Shown here one piece after another: positions 1 through 9,112 of a DNA stretch of 18,316 bases. The translations under genes were made by a program, and so were the position numbers. Each line of letters begins with the position of its first letter. Positions within the stretch are counted from its first letter, which is position 1. A model generated the notes under the pieces. It saw only the letters and a list, made by a program, of their open reading frames with translations. It had not been told where the DNA came from and made no database searches. Location: contig JBNPEG010000167.1 in the NCBI GenBank assembly GCA_051117555.1, positions 1-18,316 on the forward strand. Reading direction: 5' to 3'. The DNA comes from Elainellaceae cyanobacterium. Its GTDB lineage: Bacteria > Cyanobacteriota > Cyanobacteriia > CAZCXK01.

Positions 1-428
1 GTCAGTTGGGCAGCGCGAATCTGGCTTTGCACTACTTCGATTTGCGCCTGTGCTTGTTGCTGTTGCTCTTGTGCGGCATTGAGCCGAGCTGTGGCTCCAT
101 CCAGTTGCGCTTGCAGTTCGGCATCATCAAGCTGGGCGATGACCTCCCCCTGTTCGACCGGATCGCCCTCGCGCACCGTCAATGATTCAATCCGTCCTGC
201 CCCGCGTACATTGACACTCGCGGGATAGCCCTCAATCCGTCCGCTGAGGGACAACACGCCAGAGGTCGGTTCAGGGCGGAGACTATACCAGCTCGCTGCG
301 CCAATGCCTGCAACCACGACCCCAATCGGGAGTAACCACCGCAGCACGCGATGAGGAGTCCGAGTGCGAGGAGGAGATAGGGCTTCGGCTTCAACAAACA
401 TTTTGGGGTCGGAGAATGAGGATGTCAT
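1..428 (-). CDS. HlyD-family efflux/secretion membrane-fusion (periplasmic adaptor) protein, N-terminal part; runs off the window edge
   Basis: Not in the ORF track; translated by hand from ATG at 428: MTSSFSDPKMFVEAEALSPPRTRTPHRVLRWLLPIGVVVAGIGAASWYSLRPEPTSGVLSLSGRIEGYPASVNVRGAGRIESLTVREGDPVEQGEVIAQLDDAELQAQLDGATARLNAAQEQQQQAQAQ... It has one TM helix, an SGRIEG motif, a lipoyl-like half motif (GRIESLTVREGDPVEQGEVIAQLD) and then an Ala/Gln coiled coil. Confidence 0.88.
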   Translation of the reverse strand, partial: MTSSFSDPKMFVEAEALSPPRTRTPHRVLRWLLPIGVVVAGIGAASWYSLRPEPTSGVLSLSGRIEGYPASVNVRGAGRIESLTVREGDPVEQGEVIAQLDDAELQAQLDGATARLNAAQEQQQQAQAQIEVVQSQIRAAQL

Positions 429-797
429 GGCTCTCAATACGGATGAACGGCAACAGATCAAGACGAGTGACTTTTGAAATCACTGTTCTTTGTTATAGGG
501 AAGAAGGGGCGTGCGATCGATACAGGAAAGTTAGGGAATTTGGGGTGAAGCGACCCTTAACTTGCCACTTATCTGTGCGAATGCTGGCCACTTGAGTAGA
601 TAGATATAAATAACGTGCTTCTGTGTAGGTTGTGGTTGAGGAACGTTGGCAAAGCCTTGCCGAAGGCAATAACCCAACGCCTGGATTCAGATGAGAACGT
701 TTTCATTACCCCTGGGACTATACAGCCAAAATCGGGAATTGGTATAACTTACTTCCCAACGCCTAGACCCCAGGTTTCACCGAAAGCACGATGTAAC

Positions 798-869
798 TTT
801 TCTTGAAGACTCCCTTCATCTTCCTAAGTTCTTCCTTTTTCTTTCTTATTCTTTTCACAACATAACTAG
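798..869 (+). promoter_or_regulatory. Candidate OmpR-type (RfpB) binding array upstream of chlF
   Basis: TTC cores at 821, 832, 843 and 854 (11-bp period). 818-860 matches 16239-16281 upstream of apcD5 at 33/43 positions without gaps. Confidence 0.55.
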
Positions 870-932
870 TCATCAGAATTTATGAACTAACACTAGTTAA
901 CTTTAATAGTTTCTTCGTTTCTTTCCTCAAGT

Positions 933-956
933 TGCACGAGAAGTACTTCTCATGCA
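933..956. other. 24-bp near-perfect palindrome in the chlF upstream region
   Basis: TGCAcGAGAAGT|ACTTCTCaTGCA, one mismatched pair. Confidence 0.5.
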
Positions 957-1034
957 CAAATTGCTCTGCCGCAAGGGGTTGGCCTATTGTGACAGATACT
1001 TTTCAGTGGATTTCAAAGAGGAGCTTTTTCTATC

Positions 1035-2165
1035 ATGATCACCCAGTTTGGTAGAGCGATCGCAAATCGTCGCCCTCACCAACTTGAATCTATAGAGACA
1101 ATCAAACATCGTGACCAAATACACCCGTGGGAACGATTTTGCCGATGGGTCACGAGCACCGACAACCGTATTTATGTGGGCTGGTTTGGGGTGATTATGA
1201 TTCCCACCCTATCCACGGCAGCGATTGTCTTTATTTGCGCCTTCTTCGCAGCGCCACCCGTCGATATGGACGGAACAGGGACGCTGGTGTCTGGGGCACT
1301 CTTCGATGGAAATAACCTGATGACAGCAGCCGTTGTACCCACATCTGCTGCGATTGGATTGCACTTTTATCCGCTTTGGGAGGCCGCATCGCTGACGGAG
1401 TGGCTCACCAACGGGGGGCCCTATCAACTCATTGTGTTGCACTTCATCATCGGGATTATCTGCTACCAAGACCGAGAGTGGGAATTGAGCTATCGCTTGG
1501 GAATGCGCCCTTGGATTTCACTCGCGTTTACTGCTCCCGTAGCGGCTGCAGTCTCAGTCTTGCTAATTTATCCCATTGGTCAAGGAAGTTTTGCCTCAGG
1601 GCTTCCCCTCGGCATTTCTGGGACATTCAATTTCATGATTCACTTTCAAGCTGAGCACAATATTTTGATGAGCCCATTTCATCAACTGGGTGTCATCGGA
1701 GTATTGGGAGGCGCTTTTCTGTGTGCGGCGCATGGGTCACTCGTGACATCCACCGTGATTCGTGCACCCAATCATCACGAATCAGTCAACGCTGGCTATG
1801 TGCTGGGTCAGTCGAAGGCGACGTACAGTTTTCACCATGCTCAGATTTACCAACAACGGCTGTTTTGGAGAGGAATCAGTTTTCCAAATTCGCGATCGCT
1901 CCACTTTCTCCTAGCGGCGTTTCCAGTTGCAGGCATTTGGTCTGCGGCACTGGGCGTTGACATTGCGGCATTTAATTTTGACAAGCTCACGTTTAATCAA
2001 ACGACAGCAATTTACAGTCAAGGACACCCAATCCCGACCTGGTCAGATTTGATGAATCAAATCAATATCGGTGTCACAACCATCAAAGAAACGGGCGATC
2101 GCATTCCTGCCGTTTTAGATGACGAGTTTTGGATTCGTGAATCACAGAGAACAGACTTTTACTAG
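1035..2165 (+). CDS. chlF: Chlorophyll f synthase ChlF (PsbA4, super-rogue D1)
   Basis: D1-family sequence ([37 protein letters not shown]). Diagnostic QD replaces MG (CYQDREWE vs CYMGREWE). TyrZ161, His190, His198, His215 and His272 equivalents are retained. Mn ligand Asp170 is replaced by Ser, and the MHERNAHNFPLDLA C-terminus is absent. GAGGAG RBS upstream; FaRLiP context. Confidence 0.96.
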   Translation: MITQFGRAIANRRPHQLESIETIKHRDQIHPWERFCRWVTSTDNRIYVGWFGVIMIPTLSTAAIVFICAFFAAPPVDMDGTGTLVSGALFDGNNLMTAAVVPTSAAIGLHFYPLWEAASLTEWLTNGGPYQLIVLHFIIGIICYQDREWELSYRLGMRPWISLAFTAPVAAAVSVLLIYPIGQGSFASGLPLGISGTFNFMIHFQAEHNILMSPFHQLGVIGVLGGAFLCAAHGSLVTSTVIRAPNHHESVNAGYVLGQSKATYSFHHAQIYQQRLFWRGISFPNSRSLHFLLAAFPVAGIWSAALGVDIAAFNFDKLTFNQTTAIYSQGHPIPTWSDLMNQINIGVTTIKETGDRIPAVLDDEFWIRESQRTDFY

Positions 2166-2182
2166 AGAAAAGGAGTGTTTCA

Positions 2183-4534
2183 ATGACAACTAATCCCCCG
2201 GAGCAGAGGCAAAGGGCTAGGGTTGTTGTCGATCAGAACCCTGTCCCAACGTCATTTGAACCATTGACAAAACCGGGACATTTTGATCGCAACCTGGCGC
2301 GAGGTCCTAAAACCACGACGTGGATCTGGAACCTCCATGCCGACGCTCATGATTTTGATAGCCATACCAATGATTTACAGGATATTTCCCGTAAAATCTT
2401 CTCCGCCCATTTTGGGCATCTCGCAATTATCTTTATCTGGCTGAGCGGCATGTACTTTCATGGCGCACGGTTTTCAAATTTTTCTGCGTGGATGTCTGAC
2501 CCCACCCAGATTAAACCCAGCGCTCAGGTCGTCTGGCCCATCTTTGGTCAAGAGATTTTGAATGCTGAGGTTGGGGGTGGTTTTAGAGGAATTCAGATCA
2601 CATCCGGCTTGTTTCAAATGTGGCGAGCCGCCGGATTTACCAATGAATTTCAGCTTTACTGCACAGCCATTGGTGCCTTGGTCATGGCGGGTCTAATGCT
2701 GTTTGCAGGCTGGTTCCACTATCATGTCCGGGCTCCTAAGCTGGAATGGTTCCAGAATGTGCAGTCGATGTTGAATCACCACCTTGCAGGTCTACTCGGC
2801 TTAGGCTGTTTGGGCTGGGCTGGGCATCAAATCCACGTTGCACTGCCGACCAATAAGTTATTGGATGCAGGCGTAGCGCTGAAAGACATTCCACTGCCAC
2901 ACGAATTCATTTTGAATTCCAGCCTAATGGCAGAACTATACCCCAGCTTTTCAAAGGGTCTACTTCCCTTCTTTACGCTCAACTGGAGTGTCTATTCTGA
3001 TTTCTTGACGTTCAAAGGTGGCTTAAATCCTGCTACGGGCGGGTTGTGGCTATCCGACACTGCCCATCATCACCTAGCTCTGGCAGTAATTTTCATCGTT
3101 GCGGGGCACATGTATCGCACCAACTGGGGCATTGGGCACGACATCAAAGTGATGTTGGATGATGCTAGAACGCCCAACATGTTGCCATTTCTAAGTTTCA
3201 TTGGTCCTGTCGGTCACAAAGGATTATTTGAAGTCCTCACAACGTCATGGCACGCTCAGTTGGCAATCAACTTAGCCATGCTGGGGTCTCTGAGCATCAT
3301 CGTGGCGCATCACATGTACGCGATGCCGCCCTATCCTTTCTTGGCAACGGACTATGCCACTGTCACGTCACTATTTACCCATCATGTTTGGATTGGTGGC
3401 TTCTTGATTGTTGGCGCAGGGGCACATGCAGCCATCTTTATGGTGCGAGACTATGACCCGGCGATGAACGTCAATAATGTCCTTGATCGAGTACTTCGTC
3501 ACCGGGATGCAATTATTTCGCATTTGGTATGGGTCTGTCAGTTCTTGGGCTTCCATAGCTTTGCGATGTATATCCACAATGACACGATGCGAGCCTTTGG
3601 TCGCCCCCAAGATATGTTCTCGGATACCGGGATTCAGCTTCAACCCATCTTTGCTCAGTGGGTGCAGCAGATTCACACGTCTGCTGTGGGCGCAATGCAG
3701 GCGGCTCAGCCGCTCGGTGATGTGTTTGGCGGTCTGCGGAACATTGAACTCGGTGGCTTGGGAGTTACAGCTCCTGGGTTGAGTGCTCCGGTTAGCTATG
3801 CCTGGGGAGGCGATGTCGTTGCGGTGGGTGGCAAGGTCGCCATGATGCCGATCACGCTGGGCACAGCCGACTTCCTTATCCACCATATTCATGCCTTTAC
3901 CATTCATGTCACTGTGTTGGTCTTGCTCAAAGGGGTGTTATTTGCTCGCAATTCACGCTTGATTCCCGACAAATCAAATTTAGGATTCCGATTCCCGTGT
4001 GATGGTCCAGGACGGGGGGGTACCTGCCAAGTTTCGGCATGGGATCACGTCTTTCTAGGGCTGTTTTGGATGTATAACTCCCTATCCATCGTTATCTTTC
4101 ACTTTTTCTGGAAGATGCAGTCAGATGTCTGGGGAACGGTGAATGCAGACGGCACAATCAGCCATATCACGGGAGGGAACTTCGCACTATCGTCTATCAC
4201 AAATAATGGTTGGTTGCGAGACTTTCTTTGGGCACAATCCGTTCAGGCAATTGGCTCGTATGGATCGGCACTATCCGCATATGGACTCCTATTCTTAGGA
4301 GGGCACTTTGTCTTCGGATTTAGCCTGATGTTCTTGTTTAGCGGACGGGGCTACTGGCAAGAACTCATTGAGTCCATCGTTTGGGCACACAACAAGCTCA
4401 GAATTACAACTGCCATTCAACCGCGCGCTTTGAGCATCATTCAGGGCCGGGCAGTTGGAGTCGCTCACTATTTGCTAGGAGGAATTGTCACCACATGGGC
4501 CTTCTTCTTAGCACGAATGGCGGCAATTGGTTGA
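2183..4534 (+). CDS. psaA2: Photosystem I core subunit PsaA, far-red paralog PsaA2
   Basis: [15 protein letters not shown] motif; A0/A1 region [14 protein letters not shown]. Loop insertions ([40 protein letters not shown]) are typical of the far-red paralog. AGGAG RBS; 17 nt downstream of chlF. Confidence 0.95.
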   Translation: MTTNPPEQRQRARVVVDQNPVPTSFEPLTKPGHFDRNLARGPKTTTWIWNLHADAHDFDSHTNDLQDISRKIFSAHFGHLAIIFIWLSGMYFHGARFSNFSAWMSDPTQIKPSAQVVWPIFGQEILNAEVGGGFRGIQITSGLFQMWRAAGFTNEFQLYCTAIGALVMAGLMLFAGWFHYHVRAPKLEWFQNVQSMLNHHLAGLLGLGCLGWAGHQIHVALPTNKLLDAGVALKDIPLPHEFILNSSLMAELYPSFSKGLLPFFTLNWSVYSDFLTFKGGLNPATGGLWLSDTAHHHLALAVIFIVAGHMYRTNWGIGHDIKVMLDDARTPNMLPFLSFIGPVGHKGLFEVLTTSWHAQLAINLAMLGSLSIIVAHHMYAMPPYPFLATDYATVTSLFTHHVWIGGFLIVGAGAHAAIFMVRDYDPAMNVNNVLDRVLRHRDAIISHLVWVCQFLGFHSFAMYIHNDTMRAFGRPQDMFSDTGIQLQPIFAQWVQQIHTSAVGAMQAAQPLGDVFGGLRNIELGGLGVTAPGLSAPVSYAWGGDVVAVGGKVAMMPITLGTADFLIHHIHAFTIHVTVLVLLKGVLFARNSRLIPDKSNLGFRFPCDGPGRGGTCQVSAWDHVFLGLFWMYNSLSIVIFHFFWKMQSDVWGTVNADGTISHITGGNFALSSITNNGWLRDFLWAQSVQAIGSYGSALSAYGLLFLGGHFVFGFSLMFLFSGRGYWQELIESIVWAHNKLRITTAIQPRALSIIQGRAVGVAHYLLGGIVTTWAFFLARMAAIG

Positions 4535-4536
4535 AG

Positions 4537-4632
4537 TAGATGAAATCTAGCCTAGAGGCGGATTTAGTTGATGTTAGTTGGCAGATTTCAATCATTCTGA
4601 CTGCTAGACACTCAGATTCGCCTCTACATCTA
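4537..4632 (+). other. Long imperfect stem-loop in the psaA2-psaB2 spacer
   Basis: TAGATG...TAGAGGCGGATTTAG pairs with CTCAGATTCGCCTCTA-CATCTA (G-U allowed); inner arm TGTTAGTTGGCAGA / TCTGACTGCTAGACA. Confidence 0.6.
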
Positions 4633-4679
4633 AATCGTTCGGCCTTTCAAACTGTTTGCAATACATTCAACTATTGATT

Positions 4680-6911
4680 ATGGCGACAAAATTTCCAAAA
4701 TTTAGTCAGGATTTGGCGCAAGACCCGACGACTCGTAGGATTTGGTATGCGATCGCCACTGCCCATGATTTTGAAAGCCATGATGGCATGACGGAGGAGA
4801 ATCTCTATCAAAAGATTTTTGCCTCTCATTTTGGTCATCTGGCAATCATCTTCCTTTGGGCATCGGGTCTTTTATTTCATGTCGCATGGCAGGGCAACTT
4901 TGAAACATGGGTTGCTGATCCGCTGCGGGTCAGACCGATTGCCCACGCCATCTGGGATGCCCAGTTTGGTCCTCCCGCGATCGAAGCCTTTACTCAAGCA
5001 GGGGCAAGAAACCCGGTTGATATCTGTTATTCCGGGGTGTATCACTGGTGGTATACCATCGGCATGCGCACAACTAATGATTTGTACGTAGGTGCGATCT
5101 TTTTAATCCTGCTCTCCTGCGTATTTCTCTATGCAGGATGGCTACATCTCCAGCCTCGATTCCGTCCCAGTCTGGCATGGTTCAAGAATGCAGAATCTCG
5201 GTTAAATCACCATTTGGCAGGGCTGTTTGGCGTCAGTTCACTGGCGTGGGCAGGCCACCTCATCCATGTGGCAATTCCAGAATCACGAGGACAGCACGTT
5301 GGCTGGGATAATTTCTTAAGAGTTCACCCCCATCCTGCGGGTCTGGCTCCTTTCTTTACAGGCAACTGGGGCGTATATGCTCAAAACCCTGATTCGGCTG
5401 AGCATATCTTCAACTCGTCACAAGGCGCGGGGACAGCAATCCTCACATTCTTGGGTGGCTTTCATCCCCAGACTGAGTCGCTCTGGTTGACCGACATGGC
5501 GCACCATCATTTGGCGATCGCCGTGATTTTCATCATAGCGGGGCACATGTACCGCACCAACTGGGGCATCGGTCACAACATCAAAGAAATGACAGAAGCC
5601 CTGCAAGGACCGGGTTGGAATGGGTTCTTCATTGCCCCCAACACTGGCCGAGGGCACAAGGGCATCTATGATACCTACAACAATTCCTTGCACTTCCAGC
5701 TAGGATGGCACCTTGCCTGTTTGGGAGTCGTCACCTCGCTAGTCGCGCAGCATATGTATTCGATGCCGCCCTATGCCTTCATAGGTCGAGACTACACCAC
5801 CATGTCAGCGCTCTATACCCATCACCAGTACATCGCTGGATTCTTGATGGTTGGCGCATTTGCTCACGGTGCAATTTTCTTAGTACGCGACTATGATCCA
5901 ATACTCAACAGAGATAACGTCCTGGCGCGGGTACTGGATCATAAGGAAGCAATCATCTCTCATTTGAGCTGGGTATCACTGTTCCTCGGATTCCATACTC
6001 TGGGACTATACGTTCACAATGATTGCGAAGTCGCATTTGGGGCTCCAGAGAAGCAGATCTTGATTGAACCCGTCTTTGCTCAATGGATTCAAGCGGCTCA
6101 CGGAAAGACCATCTATGGGATTAGCACTCTACTTTCCAACCCCGATAGCATTGCCTCAACCGCGTGGCCTAATCATGCTAACGTATGGTTACCCGGTTGG
6201 TTAGATGCCATTAACAACGGTGCTAACTCATTATTTCTGACAATCGGACCGGGTGATTTGTTAGTCCACCATGCGATCGCCCTGGGGTTACACGTCACCA
6301 CGCTAATTTTGGTGAAAGGTGCTCTCGATGCCCGTGGTTCCAAGCTAATGCCCGACAAGAAGGACTTCGGCTACTCTTTCCCGTGTGATGGGCCGGGGCG
6401 GGGTGGCACCTGCGATATCTCCGCGTGGGATGCCTTCTACCTCGCGACCTTCTGGATGCTGAATACCCTGGGTTGGATTACCTTTTACTGGCACTGGAAG
6501 CATCTCACCATCTGGAGCGGCAACGTTGCCCAGTTCAACGAGAGTTCAACCTATCTGATGGGATGGTTCCGTGACTATCTCTGGCTGAACTCAGCTCAGT
6601 TGATTAACGGCTACAGCCCCTTAGGAACCAATAATCTCGCGATTTGGGCATGGATCTTCTTGTTTGGGCATCTCGTCTGGGCAGTGAGTTTCATGTTCTT
6701 GATCACCTGGCGAGGCTACTGGCAAGAACTGATTGAAACCCTAATGTGGGCGCACGAAAATACCCCCTTGTCTTTTGGTTATCCGAAAGATAAGCCTGTT
6801 GCACTCTCTATCGTACAAGCTCGACTCGTCGGTTTGACGCATTTTACTGTGGGATACATTGCCACCTATGGAGCGTTCGTGATTGCGTCAACTGCCAGTC
6901 GATTTACTTAG
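4680..6911 (+). CDS. psaB2: Photosystem I core subunit PsaB, far-red paralog PsaB2
   Basis: Canonical start [22 protein letters not shown] at ATG 4680 (ORF-track start at 4656 is too early). [15 protein letters not shown] motif; [13 protein letters not shown]. Divergent segments ([38 protein letters not shown]). Confidence 0.95.
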   Translation: MATKFPKFSQDLAQDPTTRRIWYAIATAHDFESHDGMTEENLYQKIFASHFGHLAIIFLWASGLLFHVAWQGNFETWVADPLRVRPIAHAIWDAQFGPPAIEAFTQAGARNPVDICYSGVYHWWYTIGMRTTNDLYVGAIFLILLSCVFLYAGWLHLQPRFRPSLAWFKNAESRLNHHLAGLFGVSSLAWAGHLIHVAIPESRGQHVGWDNFLRVHPHPAGLAPFFTGNWGVYAQNPDSAEHIFNSSQGAGTAILTFLGGFHPQTESLWLTDMAHHHLAIAVIFIIAGHMYRTNWGIGHNIKEMTEALQGPGWNGFFIAPNTGRGHKGIYDTYNNSLHFQLGWHLACLGVVTSLVAQHMYSMPPYAFIGRDYTTMSALYTHHQYIAGFLMVGAFAHGAIFLVRDYDPILNRDNVLARVLDHKEAIISHLSWVSLFLGFHTLGLYVHNDCEVAFGAPEKQILIEPVFAQWIQAAHGKTIYGISTLLSNPDSIASTAWPNHANVWLPGWLDAINNGANSLFLTIGPGDLLVHHAIALGLHVTTLILVKGALDARGSKLMPDKKDFGYSFPCDGPGRGGTCDISAWDAFYLATFWMLNTLGWITFYWHWKHLTIWSGNVAQFNESSTYLMGWFRDYLWLNSAQLINGYSPLGTNNLAIWAWIFLFGHLVWAVSFMFLITWRGYWQELIETLMWAHENTPLSFGYPKDKPVALSIVQARLVGLTHFTVGYIATYGAFVIASTASRFT

Positions 6912-6925
6912 CGAGAATTATGAAT

Positions 6926-7086
6926 TGACAGGGATAACGCTGGCAGTATCCCTGTCAGCCCCCCTGCTAAATCGTTTTCCCTAACCTTCAACTGCCTCAG
7001 AAAACAGCTTGCAGGGGGTTTTCCTCAGACTTGAGACTCTCCTGTCTCAAAGTAGTCCTGGTCATCGGGGTAGTTTGACCAGGACT
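6926..7086 (+). other. Four tandem hairpins in the psaB2-psaL2 spacer (structured RNA, attenuator or stability element)
   Basis: Stems: TGACAGGGATA 6926-6936 / 6947-6957 (11 bp); CCCCCTGC 6960-6967 / GCAGGGGG 7011-7018 with inner GTTTTC / GAAAAC; TTGAGAC 7031-7037 / 7044-7050; AGTCCTGGTCA 7054-7064 / 7076-7086 (11 bp). Confidence 0.7.
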
Positions 7087-7138
7087 TTAATCATCACACT
7101 GAACGAATGTCCAGAGTTGCGAAGAAGGTAAATCCACT

Positions 7139-7708
7139 ATGACCACTAAAAACCCCATTAGCCTATCAGAAGCCTATGCGGGCAGTGATCCGGTTCAGCC
7201 GTATAACGATGCTCCATGGCGAGGTAACTTAGCCACTCCATTCAACAGTTCTTCAATTGTCAGAGCCTACATTAGTAACCTGCCTGCCTATCGTAAAGGG
7301 CTGACTCCATTTATGCGCGGGCTTGAAATTGGGATGGCTCATGGCTACTTTTTGGTTGGACCTGAAGTCGTCGTCGGACCCCTGCGAGAAAGCGCCCACG
7401 GAGCAAATTTAAGTGGGCTAATTACTGCAATTTATATTGCGGCATCGGCATGTTTGGGCATCTCAATTTTCGCAATTGCCACCTTTCAAGGCAATCCACG
7501 GGGAACCTATAATTCTCATTCCAATGATGAACTCCGTCCGCTGCGGAGTAAGGAAGACTGGTTTCAGCTTGGTGGAGGCATCTTCCTAGGCGCAATGGGT
7601 GGAGCTATTTTTGCCTACTTCTTGCTTGAGAACTTTGATGATGTCAATGCCATGTTGCGAGGCTCAGTGAATGTCAGTCAAGCTCTATCGCCCTGGTTGG
7701 GGGGATGA
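7139..7708 (+). CDS. psaL2: Photosystem I subunit XI PsaL, far-red paralog
   Basis: GNLATPFNSS, NLPAYRKGLTPFMRGLEIGMAHGYFLVGP PsaL motifs; located in the FaRLiP psa operon. Confidence 0.93.
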   Translation: MTTKNPISLSEAYAGSDPVQPYNDAPWRGNLATPFNSSSIVRAYISNLPAYRKGLTPFMRGLEIGMAHGYFLVGPEVVVGPLRESAHGANLSGLITAIYIAASACLGISIFAIATFQGNPRGTYNSHSNDELRPLRSKEDWFQLGGGIFLGAMGGAIFAYFLLENFDDVNAMLRGSVNVSQALSPWLGG

Positions 7709-7758
7709 ATTATCTCCATCAGGATTCTAAGTATTAATCATTAGTTGGAGGACACATC

Positions 7759-8151
7759 ATGACAACAGACTTAACCGAGTTAACCGGGGCATACGCGGCC
7801 CCCTGGTTGCCCTGGATTATGATTCCGCTAGTGTTTTACATTCTTCCATTTCCGGTGTTTGCCATCATTTTTCTTTGGATTGAACGAGAAGGTGATTTAG
7901 CCGGCGCGAGTGCTTCAACTGTTACCGTTTCTAACACATCAGGAAGCTCTAGTATGGCGGGTTCTGCCTCTAGCTCGATGTCTGGTGCAGCGATCGCCCC
8001 CTCTTCCAGTCCTCCCCAGCGTGAACAACCGCCTCAGCCACCCCCGTCTGAACAATCGTCCGAACACCGTTCAGAGCACCGTTCAGAGCACCATCCCGAG
8101 CAGCATGAAGCCCAGGAATCAACCGATGATCAATCCCATGAATCGTCTTAA
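7759..8151 (+). CDS. psaI2: Photosystem I subunit VIII PsaI, far-red paralog, with about 85-aa low-complexity C-terminal extension
   Basis: LTGAYAAPWLPWIMIPLVFYILPFPVFAIIFLWIERE is the PsaI core; GGAGG RBS; follows psaL2. Confidence 0.9.
   Translation: MTTDLTELTGAYAAPWLPWIMIPLVFYILPFPVFAIIFLWIEREGDLAGASASTVTVSNTSGSSSMAGSASSSMSGAAIAPSSSPPQREQPPQPPPSEQSSEHRSEHRSEHHPEQHEAQESTDDQSHESS
8047..8106 (+). repeat. Five degenerate 12-nt tandem units encoding SEQS-SEHR-SEHR-SEHH-PEQH in the PsaI2 tail
   Basis: tctgaacaatcg tccgaacaccgt tcagagcaccgt tcagagcaccat cccgagcagcat. Confidence 0.75.
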
Positions 8152-8197
8152 TCACACAGGACATCCGCATCGATTTTGGAAAGTTTGGAGATATCCT

Positions 8198-8680
8198 ATG
8201 CGAAAACTGTTGGTATTTTGCTTGATCACATTCGTTTGGCTGAGCATTATTCCGTCTGCATCAGCAGCCAATACCAGTCTGGTTCCTTGTAAAGAATCCC
8301 CGGCCTTTATTGAGCGCATGGAAAAAGCGCCCGATAGCTATTACTTCAACAAACCGTTCAAAGCCTATTCATCTGAGCTGCTCTGCGGTGATGATGGTCT
8401 ACCCCATCTTCCGCTCGATCGTCCCAGCCGATTCATCGATGTCGTGATTCCATTTGCTATCTTTTTCTACGTTGCCGGATTTATTGGCTGGTCAGGACGC
8501 GCTTATTTGATTGGCAGCAAAAAGTCATCTAAGCCGGAGGAATTAGAGATTTTTATCGATTTACCGCTGGCAATTCAATCGTTAAGTCAGGGCTTGTTAT
8601 GGCCCCTCCTGGTCTTTAAGGAGCTTACGAGTGGAGAATTAACGGTAAAAGACAATGAATTGTCTGTTTCGCCTCGCTAA
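8198..8680 (+). CDS. psaF2: Photosystem I subunit III PsaF, far-red paralog
   Basis: Start MRKLLVFCL at 8198 with GGAG RBS and a signal peptide ending in ASA; motifs LVPCKESPAF, LLCGDDGLPHL, AGFIGWSGRAYL and C-terminal VSPR. Confidence 0.93.
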   Translation: MRKLLVFCLITFVWLSIIPSASAANTSLVPCKESPAFIERMEKAPDSYYFNKPFKAYSSELLCGDDGLPHLPLDRPSRFIDVVIPFAIFFYVAGFIGWSGRAYLIGSKKSSKPEELEIFIDLPLAIQSLSQGLLWPLLVFKELTSGELTVKDNELSVSPR

Positions 8681-8768
8681 CTCATAGTTAGAGGATGTTT
8701 GAAAAGGGTCTGGCGGTTAAAACTGCTGTCATACCAGGACTATTTTTTACATTTTGGGAGAATTTATC

Positions 8769-8909
8769 ATGCAATATTTGCTGAAGTACTTCACGAGTGC
8801 GCCCGTCATGGCGACCATTACGTTGGTTGTAGTTTCATTCGTGTTGATCGAACTCAATTATTTCTTTCCAGGCTTGCAATACGGCACCTATTTTCATTCA
8901 GTGCCTTAG
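8769..8909 (+). CDS. psaJ2: Photosystem I subunit IX PsaJ, far-red paralog (46 aa; missed by the ORF track)
   Basis: Hand translation MQYLLKYFTSAPVMATITLVVVSFVLIELNYFFPGLQYGTYFHSVP*; fits the PsaJ pattern KYxxxAPV...IExNxFFP. GGGAG RBS at 8756-8760; follows psaF. Confidence 0.93.
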   Translation: MQYLLKYFTSAPVMATITLVVVSFVLIELNYFFPGLQYGTYFHSVP

Positions 8910-8912
8910 TGT

Positions 8913-9112
8913 CCTAGGAATATGGATTTTATACCATCACAGTTTCAACGGCAGGGGCTTGGCAATGCCAAGCCCATACAGATGAGGCTTTCCAGAGTAT
9001 TCAATCCATGACGCCTAGGTAATCAACATTAGACGGCAGGGGCTTGGCAATGCCAAGCCCATACAGATGAGGCTTCCCAGAGTATTCAATCCATGATGCC
9101 TAGTAATCAACA
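8913..9112. repeat. Palindromic REP/MITE-like element (8913-9019) with an approximately 80-bp near-tandem duplication (8948-9028 and 9033-9112)
   Basis: Two near-identical copies, each with the hairpin GGGCTTGGCA-A-TGCCAAGCCC. Imperfect terminal inverted repeats: CCTAGGAATATGGATTTTATAC ... GTATTCAATCCATGACGCCTAGG. Confidence 0.8.

Noticed and set aside
179..397. 72-aa minus-strand ORF from the track
   Set aside because: Out-of-frame shadow of the HlyD-family gene (428 to <1), which has recognisable motifs.
615..806. 63-aa ORF in the HlyD/chlF intergenic region
   Set aside because: GTG start, no clear RBS, no recognisable motif; ends inside the candidate promoter array.
1035..2165. Calling this a standard psbA or a psbA pseudogene
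   Set aside because: The frame is intact, and the QD motif plus loss of Mn-cluster ligands identify ChlF.
4656..4679. Upstream TTG start for psaB2
   Set aside because: The conserved PsaB N-terminus MATKFPKF begins at ATG 4680.
1127..6358. Short alternative-frame and antisense ORFs within chlF, psaA2 and psaB2 (e.g. 3371-3907 minus)
   Set aside because: Fully nested in strongly conserved genes, with no motifs; expected shadow ORFs.
7910..8197. 96-codon upstream extension of psaF2 overlapping the psaI2 tail (possible PsaI-PsaF frameshift fusion)
   Set aside because: ATG 8198 has a GGAG RBS and a normal signal peptide; no slippery site was seen; low-complexity C-rich sequence readily leaves a second frame open.
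8699..8917. 72-aa ORF after psaF2
   Set aside because: Overlaps the real psaJ2 (8769-8909) in another frame.
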